Source of the DNA: Paraspadella gotoi
Lineage: Eukaryota > Animalia > Chaetognatha
Assembly: GCA_051294375.1 (NCBI GenBank)
Contig: CM119264.1
Span: 17,062,278-17,126,277 of the forward strand
Direction: 5' to 3'
DNA: 64,000 nucleotides
Shown: positions 28,356 through 42,969 of the stretch, piece after piece
Layout of the letters: every line of letters starts with the position of its first letter
How positions within the stretch are numbered: the first letter of the stretch is position 1
The notes under the pieces: model-generated
The model's database searches: none
Told to the model about the DNA's origin: nothing
Seen by the model: only the letters and a program-made list of their open reading frames with translations
Position numbers and translations under genes: made by a program

Positions 28356-28440
28356 GAAAGGAAAGGAAAGGAAAGGAAAGGAAAGGAAAGGAAAGGAAAG
28401 GAAAGGAAAGGAAAGGAAAGGAAAGGAAAGGAAAGGAAAG
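28356..28440 (+). repeat. (GAAAG)n pentanucleotide microsatellite (mirror at ~19075-19145)
   Basis: Directly visible. Confidence 0.95.
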
Positions 28441-30229
28441 CAGGGAATCCGGGCAGGAAAGAGAGAGGATCAAAGAATGGAAGGTCGGAAAGAAGGGATG
28501 ATGTAAGACAGAAACAAGATCGGTTCACCCAACGTGTTGCGCCGCAGTGACTTCATTTTCACGCTTATTTCTCGTGACATTACATGACATGACATGACGT
28601 AACGTGACATTAATCGACATGACATGACTACAATAACTTTCTTAGCCTGTGTATTTATGACATGCACGGCATCAGAAATCCGTCTTTTATTCTTTATAGT
28701 TTTAGGATTTCTTGAAGGCGTCGCTAGCATCCCTTTAATTTGAGGCGTTTTTCTGTCTTAACAAATGAGCAACTAACTATAGGCGAATTATGTTCATTTT
28801 TAACTTAGGTGGGACAGACCGACGGACAGACATACCGACCGACAGACCGACCAATGGACAGACCAACCGTAAGTGAAGAAAGGAAGAGAAGTGTAACTGT
28901 AAGGGGAGAGTAAGTGAGGAAAACAGTTTTAAAATCATATTATTTATTTGGGATGTATACTAACGATAAAATTTTCAACTTGATTGTTATTTTTATTTAA
29001 CGTGACAAAGAATATAGGGAAAAAATCAGTCGCAAGAGGTTCGGCGCAGTAATCGCCAACAAACAAATAAGATTATATTATTATTCCTATCACCATTCTC
29101 AAAAAAGAACCTTGAGCGAGAAATCGGGTCTTCAATGTTTTCGGACGATGTTTTGGCGACGCGGCCTTCCAGCCTTCCAGCCTTCCTCCCGCTCCCATTT
29201 CCTCACGCGTCATATCATTCGACGACCCGGCCCGGTCGCCCGTAGACAAAAGATGTTTGTAGCCTCCAACCGCCTCCGAGCGTCGAGAGAACCACAAATC
29301 AAAACTAAATATTTTGATCGCCCGTGACTGGCCAAATGCGGACGCCGACCAAAAACAGAAATATAACTCGACGTCGGCGGCGACGACGACGACGACGACG
29401 GCGACGACGACAATCTCGATTTTATGTTGGAACGAATCTTTTTTTTTTAAAGTTCTTTCCTTCAATACATTTAGAAACAAGAAACTTCTCCAACTTTCCG
29501 CTTTGGTTCCTTCACGTTCCCAGACATGTATTTTCTTTAACACTAAATTCAGTTACCTACTTTACTTATCTTTTTTTAGTTTCCACTTTTACTTTTCAAT
29601 TCATGAAATTTTATCGAAACGTCAAGACTTGATCAAAGAAGATGGAAATATCTAGAAACGAGAAAGAGGAAGATCTGGAAGAAAAGTTTAACGAAGCAGA
29701 GAATCAATGAAGGGATTGGCGAAAGAAGCAAAATTTTTGCAACTTTGAGGAAAACGAATTCAGCTCTTGAATGTTTCTAAGATGAAAACGTACATAATGA
29801 TATGTCCCTTAAGTTTAACCCATACAAACAAAAAAGGTTTCCGTCCTCTCCACAAGGTAGACCCTCTCAGAGTCCTGAAATCACATTTATTCGTCATCCT
29901 TATAACATAAAAGTAAATACACTAAGCAATTAAAATTGTCGAACAAAAACAAAACGTAAACAATAAGTGGGTTTCTCCCACCAGCTAAAATCATCTTTTA
30001 TCATTAAGGCCGATGGAAATTCTGTTTCGCCTCCAGAAAGAGTCACGTATTATTTTTAAACTAGAGAACGAAATGATGCGTCAATGAAAAATCAGTGGAA
30101 AAAAAAGAGCGTCGTTTTCAATTAAGTAGGAGTTACAAAATTAACGACGCAAAGGGAAAAAAAACCGGACGCAATACTAAGGCGAAGGTTTAAACACTCA
30201 AACGCGCTTCAATGCGCTTTCGTCATTTT

Positions 30230-30325
<96 letters not shown>

Positions 30326-30489
30326 ATGATCCTCAAAGCTTCCCTTCCCTTTCCAGGGTATATAGGGGAAAATAACGCAGTACGGGAAAAAAATCTGGGT
30401 TTGAAACATTAAAACTCTTCATCCATCACCGAGTTTTCATGGGGCTTTTAATTCTCAATTTCGCCGGGAGGCACAGCCAGTGAGGCCTC

Positions 30490-30599
<110 letters not shown>

Positions 30600-31120
30600 G
30601 GTAAATGACAAGTGATTTTACCTGGAACTTCCTCATTGGTTCCAGGCGGCCGGTTGTTGCTTTATCTCCCCGCAGCTCGATCCTCATTGGCCCCTCGTTC
30701 GTCTCAGCGAATCCTGATTAGTCGATACAAAAAAATCTGAGATTTCCTCACTTCAATTGCCCTGAGCTGAACTTAAGATGAAATGTGCAATAAAACTGAC
30801 AATAAGACGGCGATAAAAAAAGAAAGCTAGAGTATCGTAGACAGAAGGAAAAATAGAAAGATAGAGAGTAGAAGAGAAATTAAGTGAATGAGAGAAAGAC
30901 GATGAAAAAAAGTCGGGAATATACCCCCAAAAAAATTAAGAAAAAAAAATGTAAAAAAAATGTTCAATCTTGATGGTGTTAGTTGTGAATGAGATTTTGG
31001 TTATTCAGTAGAACATTTCACAGAGATTGAGATATAATGATGATTCATAAAAAAAAAAAATTTCTCTGAAAAAGTTATATTGAGATTTCTCAAAGTTTGT
31101 TTAACGTTTTTACGTCAACT

Positions 31121-31228
31121 CTATTTTTTTCACTTCTTAACCCATTTTCTCTCTTCATTTTCCCTTTCCAATTCTTATTTTTTTCACTTCTTAACCCATT
31201 TTCTCTCTTCATTTTCCCTTTCCATTCT
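31121..31228 (+). repeat. 54-bp tandem duplication (2 copies)
   Basis: The unit ...tttcacttcttaacccattttctctcttcattttccctttcca... occurs twice; the ORF track shows an 18-aa period. Confidence 0.88.
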
Positions 31229-33210
31229 TCTTTTTCCCGCCGAGTTTTTCACTCCTTGGTCTATTTTTTTTTTCAAAAACAGCCTTCAGAATCTCCCTTC
31301 GTAAGTTTTCCTCCTTTCCTCCTTTCCTCTTTATTTTTCCCTTCTATTCTTCTTTCGTCCACAGAATTTTCCACTCCTCGTTTCCTTTTTCCCCAAAACA
31401 TTCTTCCGAGTCTCCATCCATAAGTTTTCCTCCATTCCTCGCATTTGTTGACAAAAACAAATCGACTCCTCATTTTTGCCTCATCTCATTTTTTACTCCT
31501 TCTCCCTCGACTCCTTTATCCCTCTCATTGCCATCTCGCCCATCCACTGTTACTGAGTTCCAATGATTTTAAAACAACCTTATCCGTAGACTAACTCATC
31601 TTCTTACTACAACAAGATCTCTGTCTCGGAAACTCACAGTTCCATCTCTTCCATATCATAAATGTACGCTACTTTTAGTTGCGCAATTCCTTTTAATTTT
31701 TTTTTGGCTGCATTTCGTGCTAAATGGAATGGAATTAGATAATTTCTTTTTATTAAATATCGAATCAAATCGATTTTAAAATTGACCAAATTAAACATGT
31801 ATTTTACGACTATTTGTATAATTGATACAACCGTTTAAAAATATTTGTACCATTTTGCTGGAAAGAAATTTCTAATATGTCAAACAACACGTTGCGTTAT
31901 AAAATAGATATATAAATATGAGAATAGAAACTGTACAACAAGACTTATTGAATGAACGAGTAACTTCTCTCGCCCGTAAGTACGTCCCGTTCCACTAATT
32001 TATGTCGCACCCTGAAAGCCTTCACCGAAAATCAAGCATCTCTCCGCATTTAGGATATAATTATCACCAATATCATCACCCATTCGCTTTTTCCGCCAAC
32101 TTTTTGCTCTCCGTCTCTCCACATGAGGTACTCCCTCCCGCGCAGGACGGCGGAAGTCTCGGACAAGACAAATGAACGGTAATTGGAAGCTCATAGTAAA
32201 AATCAACGAAGCTGAGCAAACACTTGAGAAAGGACTGAAAGGAGAGAGAAGAAAATAAGGAAGAAAGGCGAAGGAATGCGATACGAATTTAAGAGTGTAC
32301 AGGGACTAGTACGACAAGAACTTCATATGATTAAAAAGTTCAATTTCATAATGGAGTGCAGTGCAAAAAAAGAAATTTAGAAATTTTTCATATATTTCGA
32401 CATAAGTTTCTATGTCATCTTCAGTGGAAGAAAAAGAATTAACAAACAAAACTTTTACAAAGTAAGAAATAGAGAAATAATGAGAGAGAGACACAATAAC
32501 AATGAAAAGGATAAAGACTAAGTGACCTTAAAGTGGTCAGAAGAACTCCATTATGAAATTGAGCTTTTTAATCATTATACTAACTGTGCATGAGATGACG
32601 TTAAAAGAAGAACTTCACATCTTAATTAAAAGGAATCATTTTAAAATAATTAAGTTTTCACTTTCCTTGATTGGTTTTTGGTTATAATTAAAATTTACAT
32701 CATTTTGCGGGGCTCGTTTTTGAACAAAAAATTAATTGTTTTCCTAGTAGGAACGAGCAACCAACACGTCCATACTTTTATACTCATATGCAACCAACAC
32801 GTCCATACTTTTATGTTTTTCCACGCAGAGAAAACTTACGTCCAACCACAAAGTAAAAGAAAGTAACGGAACGAAACCAATACAACAATAAATGGGAAGA
32901 GAAGGCCTAAATTTAGAAAAGTGTACATAACCTCCGGTTCGTGTTCTATATTGAAATCATAAAAAAAACATATTGGCTTTTTATTTCGCCGCCATAAATT
33001 GTTCTACTTTTCATGCAAGAAAAGAAAATTTCTTCGAGAGGAATGTTTTTTTCCCTTCGTTCCATTTCCCGACTAAACCGATTTATCGATTCAATTTCGT
33101 TAAATTCCATCATAAAAAACAAACGAAAACATAAAAAAAAAGGAAAAATAAAAACCAATGTATATATATTAGGGAAAACAGTAGAAAGAGAAAGATAAAA
33201 TGTGAGAGAG

Positions 33211-33273
<63 letters not shown>

Positions 33274-35778
33274 AATTGTAAAAACACAATTTGGCCATGC
33301 TTCAGTAGATTATGGAAAAACTAAAACTTGACGCAAGTCTCTCAGTGAGAGTCTCACTCGCTCTCTTTTTCTCGCTCACGCTGGGTTTTGCAAGGAGCCT
33401 TTTGTTTGTATTAAATTACAATAACGCCGTTTTCATCGGATGGTCATCTTCATTGACAGACGACAATATCGAGTGAGAACACTTGGAATCTGACAAAATA
33501 AAAATATTACGAAAGTATTAATAATAAATATAAAACAGCATTTTTCCTTTAACGATTGTCACAGTTTTCTTTATTTCGGGCTCGACGAAACAAAAGAAAA
33601 GAAAAGACTAAGAAGAAAGAAGCGTGAAGGTGTCGACGACCAACGAATTCTAATCAAGGGACGAGCTTCAGTCCGAAACGACGCCCGCGGGATTTAATCG
33701 CTCCGGCGGTACTTTGCCAATTCGAAACCCCCTTCTACAGTCTTTCTTACTGTACCAATTATAAGCGCTACTTTTTATTTCTTTTTTCTTTTTCTATTGA
33801 AGAGCAAGAAAACTCTCAAGTAACTATTTCATTCACCAAGTAAAAGTATACCGCCCGTTTGATACTTTTGGATGTAAATCACGACCATTTCATACGCGTT
33901 TTTAGTTTTCGTTGGTTTCTTAAAATCATAGGTCATGTTTATACGAACTTAATAATCTGTTGACCTTACGACTTTCTCTGGGGAACAAAAAGACAGGCTC
34001 TTGTTTTAAATTATCAGAAGCTGAAGCTGCTTGATAATCCAAGCTGATATTTATTGCTTTTGTAGAAGTCAAAATACAAAAAAAACAAAAAAAAAACAAC
34101 AAAAAACAACAAAAATCAACAAAAAACAAAAAATCAAAACAAACTAAACGATAAATTTTATTGATTTCATTGTCGAATTCAGATTTTCCTTCAACGTCAT
34201 TTTTTTTTTCTTTCGATCTCTGTTCTTTTCGAGTTGGCATTTCAGTCACGTCCGGATTACCCGCATTTTTTTCAAAGCCAAAATCCAAAATCGGACTTTG
34301 GGCAAATTTTGTGACCTCGACCAGATGTCGTTGCGCGATTCCTCCCTGACACGTCAAAGTGGCGTGGGTTTGAGCTAAGGGTGAGGAATTGGCAGGTAGA
34401 TTTGGTATTCTATTCCTTTCTTTTGACAATAAGAAAATTGCCTTGTTAGCAACTTCTCTAAATTAGTCGTTGTTTACTTGAAATATTGTAAGAAGATGGT
34501 TCCGTAAAATGCCTTAAGATTTACAAATACATATAATTACACATAACCAAATGTATTCAATAACCATATCAACGGTTTGTTAATAATAGTAGTATTGGTT
34601 AATTGTTTTTCTCTTACGTTGGTATATATTTTTTTATTTTAAAAAGGGGCGTCTTTATAATTTAAATATAAAATTGAAAAACTTTTATATTACAAAAAAT
34701 TGGTACAACCAAATTATCCATTCATTTAATAAATAAGCTATCTTGCCCCTGACTTTGGACAGGCTTTGGCTATGTTTTTCTTATATTTAAAATGGAATAC
34801 ATATATTTTTTTAATACATATTTAAATATTTCATTTCATTCAAAACAATAAACATTTTTTTAATTACAAAAGATAATAGAATTAGATAACGTTTCTTTTC
34901 ACTTTCATCCCTTTTTTTCCTCAACGTGTTCAACTTTTTTTCTTTTCATTCTCTGGCGGAAATCGTATTGGCTTCGCTCGCCTCGCGTAATATAAGTATC
35001 GAGCCTCGAGGTGGTGAGTCTCCGCTCGCTGCCTTTGACACGTATCTGTGAGAGCAAAATATGGTGAAGATGTGAGCCGTTAAAGCGCAAACGAGAACGT
35101 CATAAAAAAGGAATATAAAAAGGGAAAACAAAAAAAGAAAAAAACCGGCAACAGCAGGAGAAGAGATATTCCTCTCTCTCACCCTCTCTCCAAATTTTTC
35201 AAAGCACGCCGCAGGGTGGTTTCTTAGAACGAGATCGAAGCTACGCGGGTGGTCAAGAAATGGTATGGTCTGTGGCGGGCTGTGGTCAAGGGACATGAGA
35301 CAAAAAAGTGAAAGTAATGCGGCTTGAAATCCAAATTAAAAAAAAATCATGCCTTAGTTTTTACTTTTAAAATTGTCACAAGAGTTTTTTTTGATGAAGG
35401 TATCTGTGTTGATATCGACGTTATGAATAAATTAATCAAACCGTTTAAGAAATCTATATGGTTTTTAATACGATTCATAGTTTTGTTTAACAGTTAATCA
35501 TAAAATCATTGGATGCAGGTTTTACTTTAGGTTTTCGGATTTAATCGACACACAATTTACGACATCCGATTTTGACTCTTAAGCAATTTTAAAATGTATT
35601 AATCTTTTTCCATTTTGATTAATATTTAATGATTTCCATGTGGCATGTATGCCTTCTTTAACTCAACAAGGCCAGTCCCGCAGGCGTGCGTGTCCCACGA
35701 CGTGCGAGCTTGCGCGTCTGTGAAAAGCGCGCGCCTGGGAGACGAGATGTCTTTCGATTCCGGGTGACTGAATGGAGA

Positions 35779-35886
<108 letters not shown>

Positions 35887-36913
35887 CGTGAGAAGACGTT
35901 TTTTCCCCTTCGAAGGAAAATTGGGAGGAAAAAGTCACGAAAATCCGAATGGCATTTTTGAGTGTGGAAGTCAAAATAAAAGGGAAAGGGGCGTGACGAC
36001 TGACGAAGGGAGCGAGAAGCGGAGGAGGAGAGAAAGTTGGGAGTCAGATGTAATATCAGACGTAATGATTTAAACAATGAAAAAAAATTTATCAGTGAAT
36101 AAATTATAATTTTTATAATGTAGAGATTCAAAACACTACGATGACGACCATTCACCATTTCATAACGCTGTGATTTTGCTATTTTTATCTGTTTTGTTCT
36201 CATATTTTAGCTCAATTAATCTCCCTAACGACTCTGCCCATCACGACCCGCCAGGTCTCGAGATTTTATTACATATCTTTTTTTCAGTTTATAATACCCG
36301 AAATAAAAACAAAGGACTGGAAAGAAATACAGGTGATCACAGATTCACGCGCGACTCTCGCGTGCCACGCGTCTCACGAGGATCACAGATTCAAATGGAA
36401 TCGCGGAAAGACGAGTTGAGTTGCAGCTGAGGTCCGAACCAAAACAAGACAATTGTCGGACGAAGAGGGACGAAGAGAGAGAAAAGAAAGAAAATCCGTT
36501 ACGATGCTGATTTAATATTAATGTTTCTTCGGTTTTCAAATGATAGTATAAAGAATTTCGGGAAAGTAAAAAAAAAAAAAGACAGAAACGTTTGATTTTT
36601 TCCCGATATTTTGATATACTTTTATGTCATCTTCAGTGGCTTTAGGGTACATACTGTATGAGTATGAGATGTATCTTTAAAATTTAATTGACAGTGCTAA
36701 AAACCATGAATTTTTAAAAATATTTAGTCATGAATTGCTGAACAATCATCATTGGTCAATTTTAGCGGTAATAATGTTTAAAAAATTGTTATGTAGTATT
36801 CTGCACGGAAAATGCATCTCATACTGATTATATTCTCAGCGGGGATACTGGGATACATTCAAGGATACATATTGCATGTTTTTTTTGGAGGCTCACATTT
36901 TCAGTAAAAAATG

Positions 36914-36993
36914 AAATTGGTACAACCAATATAAAAATTATCCATTCATTTAATAAATAAGCTATCTTGCCCCTGACTTTGGACAGGCTTTGG
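36914..36993 (-). repeat. Short interspersed repeat (other copy 34697-34769; mirrored at 10292-10370 and 12553-12628)
   Basis: 59 identical bases at 36935-36993 and 34711-34769; a 22-bp terminal piece recurs at 52249-52270. Confidence 0.85.
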
Positions 36994-37454
36994 TGGTTTA
37001 AGGCCTCCATCACTCTTACAAGATAATGACATAGCAGGTCCCTGCAAGTTTTCAATCAAGACTCTTTCACAGTCTCGTTTATTCACTCCCAGAGAAAATA
37101 TTAGAGAGTTGAACTTTTAATCGAGAAAAGGACCGAGATCCCCTGAATTGAGAGTGGGTCGTTATAAAGTTGGAAATGTTCGAAATTTTTTAATATGTTT
37201 GAATTTTGACAAGAAAGAAACTCAATCAAACGTGAAATGAAGTCAACAAGCGAAAAAAAAAAATCTACGGCGCCTTCAACTTAAAACGTCTTTCTCTGTA
37301 GAGAGAGAAAAAAAAAAGCAAATGCGGGAAACCAATTAGCTAACGAACAAAAAGAAATGAATTCTTTGGAAGAATCAAATTAAATGGGGAAGAAAATCTC
37401 AGGAAGAGGAGGAAAGAAAAGATCCGGGATTAAAAAATAAGACGGAAAGCGGGG

Positions 37455-37505
<51 letters not shown>

Positions 37506-38202
37506 GCGGTAAATCTCCTTTAGAGAATAGCGATTTTTAATAATATTCCAAATGACGAAACAATTGCGACAGCACGTGACAGAATTCCGTTGGTAAAATA
37601 ACTTAAGTCCTTTTTATTCATTCGACGTGTAATTTCATATATATGGAATTTCTGGCGAGCATAGAATTTAACATATTAAAATTAACAAAGATTAGAGTTT
37701 ACTTCGTTTAGTAGTCATATTTTTTCTCAAAGAATAATCGCTTTCTCTCTCATTCTCGAAAAATATTTTTATAAAACTCGAGCAACATGGTTTATGCAAA
37801 AATTTACCTCTCATAAAAATAAAACCGTTTAAAATTTGGAAGAAAAAGGTTTGTTTGGCAGTGGAAAACAAAACAAACATATTATGAATAAATTGTATTA
37901 TTTTCTCTCTTTTCGTTGTTAGAGTGCTGTAAAAACTTCAAAGATCAATTCCTGAACACTGCGAAGAATGTCAAGTCCTTGACAATGAAAACCACACATT
38001 AAACTATTTTGTCAAATGGAAACATATAAACTATTACGACAGTAATGAAAACTTGTTTCCAACTCCATGAATAATTTATTGCAATATTTGTAATCTATTC
38101 CATAGACTTAATATACTTGTGTATGTACATAGTTTCATGTACCGCTCTTTAATGATTTTTATTGTTAATGTGTTAATTGTGTCATTTATGAGCATTATAA
38201 AT

Positions 38203-38251
<49 letters not shown>

Positions 38252-38714
38252 ATCTTTTCTTCCAAAGCAGCTCAAAACACCTCGACATCTTCAAACTCGT
38301 TTTTCGCATAACATCATCATCTCTATCTCGTCTGAAAAAAAAAAAAAAAAACCGCTTCGACTGCAAGTTTGATGGACGTAAAAAAAAAAGATGAAATAGA
38401 AGAAGAAATTTGGAATGTTTTTCTATTCATTTTTTAACATGGAACTCACCAGCGTGTGAACATGAAAAAATGTAATCACGACTATTGTGTCACACGTGAC
38501 AAGAGAAAAAATACTAAAATCGAAAAAAGTGACAGTCTATAAAAATAAGGGTATTATTGGAAAACTTAACAGGTGTGGAAATATACATAATTGGAGTAGA
38601 CGCGGCTTAACTAAAACAAAAGATCGCGAAAGACAAAAAAAATGAATAAATCTATCATTAAGCTTAACTTCATAAAAATTAGTTTCGTCGACTAAATCCC
38701 ATCGCATTATTCTA

Positions 38715-38779
<65 letters not shown>

Positions 38780-38815
38780 TATCGTCGTCGTCGTCGTCGT
38801 CATCATCGTCGTCGT
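38715..38815 (+). repeat. (GTC)n trinucleotide microsatellite (mirror at ~8395-8490)
   Basis: Directly visible. Confidence 0.95.
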
Positions 38816-39020
38816 TTTTTTTAAAGGGTCGGAGATCCAAGTTGTGAAGCAGCGGAGGAGGGAGAGAAAACTCGAGGGTAGGACTTTGCACCATGACATC
38901 AATGAACGATGACGTTGCCGACCAAAACACGAAGCCCCCTTTTCTCTTTGTGTTTATGCGAGAGGACCCGTAACGTCCTTCTCGTCGGCATCGTTGTCCT
39001 ACTTTTTCCTCGTTGTTATT

Positions 39021-39060
39021 GCTTGCCATCGCTTGCCATCGCTTGCCATCGCTTGCCATC
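39021..39060 (+). repeat. (GCTTGCCATC)4 decamer tandem array
   Basis: Four perfect copies; noisy mirror at ~8143-8185. Confidence 0.95.
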
Positions 39061-39640
39061 CCTCGCCGTCCGGGTCGTCACGCTCGCGGTCATCGTGCTC
39101 CCCGCATTTAGCGTCGACCCTCGTAAAATTCGTTATCATCGAGTCCTCGTCGGTCATTATGGATTAGTTCGTCATTCCTGACCTTGCTGACGTCATCGTC
39201 GTAACCTTCGACGAAGTCTTTCAAACCTTCTCTCTCTCCGTTTCGGTGGTCCGTCTCCGTCGACCGGTTCTAACGTCGATCTCGTATTACGGAGAAATTC
39301 AAAGGAAAACAAATAAATCAACATGAACGACTCGTCGGCGCGGATCGCATGAAGGGTCGACCCCTTTCCCGCCCTCTGAGGTCAAGAGTCCGGAGAATTG
39401 AGACGTGGCGAATCTCGGCAACAAATGAGATGATGCAGGTCGGAGAGAAGATGCGAGGATTGAGACGAAGAAGTTGAGAGGGAGCGCCGTCTTTAAAAAT
39501 AAATATTATACTGTTAATGCTGATATTATTAATAATAACAGTAATATTGATAAACTTAAAGATTATGATAAAGAGAGAGAAAGAGACTGGACCCTTTTCA
39601 TTTAACAACTCAAAAAATAGATAAAAGATTTCAAGAGTTA

Positions 39641-39864
39641 GTTAAAATGGCATCCAGCAAGTATATACAAATAAATAAACAAAACCTTTTGAAGTAAGAT
39701 TAACTTTTCTTAAGTATTAAACAACAATACTGAAGTTATAAGTACATTAGAAGTATATTATACTTATAACTTCAGTATTGTTGTTTAATACTTAAGAAAA
39801 GTTAATCTTACTTCAAAAAGTTTTGTTGATTTATTTGTATATACTTGCTGGATGCCATTTTAAC
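39641..39864. repeat. Long inverted repeat (104-bp arms, 16-nt loop)
   Basis: 39641-39744 is the reverse complement of 39761-39864 with two mismatches seen; loop cattagaagtatatta. Confidence 0.95.
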
Positions 39865-39904
39865 CAAACAGATATCCGCAGACCTAACAGACCAGAACTA
39901 ACTC

Positions 39905-39965
39905 TACATTAGAAGTATATTATACTTATAACTTCAGTATTGTTGTTTAATACTTAAGAAAAGTT
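39905..39965 (+). repeat. 61-bp direct repeat of 39743-39803
   Basis: tacattagaagtatattatacttataacttcagtattgttgtttaatacttaagaaaagtt occurs twice. Confidence 0.93.
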
Positions 39966-40642
39966 TCTTTTTATCAGCGTCTTTAAAGTAGCACTAGCAC
40001 TAGTTTAAAAACCATGTATATGTTTAGGAATCCAACTCAAAAGCTTTCGGGTAGTCGGATACTCTTATTTAAAATTAAGAGAAATTGAGCAGAAAATCTT
40101 CGCAAAGTCTCGTCGATATTTTGTTTCGCTTCTCAGATAAAAAATCTGCCGCTGAAATGAAAAGTCAACCGCTCCTCGTCTGACTTTACAGCTCACAGCT
40201 CACAGCTCTCGGCTCACACCGCTCAGTACATTTCCTTTCCCAGTTTTCCTTTACTTACCTTCCTTCCATATAAAATTCAATTTCAATGTTTATATTTTTT
40301 TAGTGGCTTCTCCTAATCTCACACCTCCCCAATGTCCCCATAATTTTTTTAACACTGCCATCCCCCGTATTTGTTTTTCCCTTCTCCCATTTCCCCATAT
40401 TTCCCCCCCACTTTTCTGTATTTTTTCGCCCCGCCCTCCCCCCAAACTTCCCATATTTTTTTCGAGGAAATTATGTATGAAGTCGCAGCCGGCGCAAATG
40501 GAAAGAAGAGAAGGGGTGGGATAGGGAGGGAGAGAGAGAGGGAGAGGGAGACGGGTCATGGCCGAAAAAAGCATTAGGACCGACACCAAGGAAACATCGT
40601 TATGGTGACAGGTAATTGTTATGGGGAAAAAGAGAAAGAAAA

Positions 40643-40717
<75 letters not shown>

Positions 40718-40824
40718 AAGAGGAACGATCCATTCTCCTCTTCCAAGAAACGAAAACAAAACGGCCATAAATGGAGGGAGACGAGTTCAAAAGAGACAGA
40801 GAGACAGATAGAAAAACGAGGAGA

Positions 40825-40928
<104 letters not shown>

Positions 40929-41265
40929 TTTTAAAAACAGATTGAGCTCGGTGATGTGCCCGACCGTGTGTGTTCGCGCGTTTAATGTTTTTGTGTGTTT
41001 GTTTACTAGCCCTATTTCCCCGCGACGGCGCCCTAGAAAATTATTTAGAGTTAATTCACAATACATTAAGTCCTAATTTTTTTTTAATTTCGTATCTAAT
41101 TTTCCGCGAAGCGTAACTGCTCCCTTCGCCGAACCCGACCAAAGACATTAGGTGGCAAAAAAGGCACAACAGAAGCCCCGGAAGGAGACAAAGACGAATT
41201 AAGAAAAGCGGAAAAAAAGGGGGAAAAAGGGAAAGAGACGGGAAGAGGGGAATGGGTAAATAGAT

Positions 41266-41306
<41 letters not shown>

Positions 41307-42432
41307 AAAGAGTGATAGGAATAAAGAGGGAGAAGACAAGCTAAGCCAAGGAGAAAGCAAAGGGGAGAGAAGATTTTCCTGGGACTCCTGATAATGATTC
41401 TTTTAGCCATAAAGCAAGGGCAAACAGATCCTTCGTTCAGGATTGGGGTGAATAGCGGGGAGAGAAAGATATATTTATGATGGAGTGAACGAAGGAGAAG
41501 ATAGAGAGATTGAATTGAATTCGAATTCTGCGAGAGATAGAAAGAGAACGATATACTCTTTACAACTGAGAGGATGTCGACCGGTCTTTCACGCTTGGCT
41601 GTAATGGCCCTGTAAGAGAAAAGAAACGCTCTGCCCGTCATTATCATTTCTTTTGTTTTCTTCATTTCAATTTCATTTGGTCCCTCATTGTTCCCAGAAG
41701 ACATCGCTGCCGCCACGTCACCTCGTGGCGCTGTCACGCCCTGTAGATACCCGGTCGTCACGTTCGTCGCCCGTTCTTTTTGACTCCTGCCTCGGTTAGG
41801 GTACGGAATATTTCGGTTTGCTGGTTTTTGTTTTATTAAATGTGTAAGTGTAAGTGAACGTCAGCGCGAGCTTTCCTAGAAAAAGTAATTCGAGCAGGAG
41901 TCAAAAAAAAAAAGTTTTCACTTATTGATCTATGTTTCAAATTGTAAAATTAAAGTCCGTTTTCGGAATTTAAAAAGAATGGTCAAAAAATGAAAAAAGT
42001 CTTCAAAACGATGTTCCTACCTAAAATTTCATAGAACGGGTCCAAAAAACTATTTTTTCCAAATCAAATTGGTCTCCTCTACCTTTTTAGCCATTTGTGG
42101 TTAAATTTATTATTTTTGTCAGGAGATTACCTGATTCAAAAAAAGACGTGAGTCTAGAGATAAAAACGACAAATAGGTAAAGATAAAAAAGGATCCGAGA
42201 ATTTCGTCTCTAAAAGTTAAGAAACAATCACCATATCGACGTCGCATTGTTTTGCGAAAGAAAAAAAAAAACAGTCCGAAGATTGATGGAATCAACCCTA
42301 AGAAAAAAACGCGTACAGTGAAGTAGGAAAAAGCTGGGAAAAAAGTCGGACGCTGATCTCCTGTTTTCTGTTCAGCTTCGGTCATCAATCAACGCCATCT
42401 ATTTTTCTACTTCAAAAACTTTTCTTTCAAGC

Positions 42433-42477
<45 letters not shown>

Positions 42478-42969
42478 CCTTTCACTTATCAGAGCGCAGT
42501 AACGCGAACGCGACTAAAAATGAACCGCACCTTCGAAGTTATGGTGATGACTCATTCCCGCTCAAGAAAACTTCGTTTTATGCTCATGACGTTTCTCCGT
42601 CGTCGTTGATGGAACAATATGGTACCGAAGAGAGACGGGCTGGATGGTGTTTGATTGTAGATAAGAAGATGAAATTTTTTGTAAATCTCATCTTGAAAAT
42701 TTACATGGAAATTGAGAAAAAAGCAGTTTAACTATTGTTTTAATAATTGAAAAGTTGTTATGTCTTATTTGGAGTAATGTCAGGACTCTGCCGGTGGATA
42801 TTTAACGTTTTATACTTTTACTTTAGAAAAGTCGTTTATTCGGGAGGTGGTTTTGTTAAATCTTTTATAACATTAGAAAAAAGTTTGCCGTTTTTTTTTT
42901 AAAGTTTTTTATTTCCTTTTTTACATTGGAATTTTTTCAGTTTCTGTATTTTTAAGAGATAATATCAAT

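Noticed and set aside
33926-34429. 167-aa minus-strand ORF
   Set aside because: Not maintained in the other arm (~12900-13400), runs through a T-rich low-complexity tract and has no recognisable domain.
39021-39060. Short direct-repeat arrays as CRISPR-like structures
   Set aside because: Head-to-tail tandem repeats with no spacers, in a eukaryotic context, with no cas genes.
41737-41756. CCCTGTAGATACCCGG resembling miR-10/miR-993 5p
   Set aside because: The 5' end is mismatched and there is no complementary arm for a pre-miRNA hairpin.
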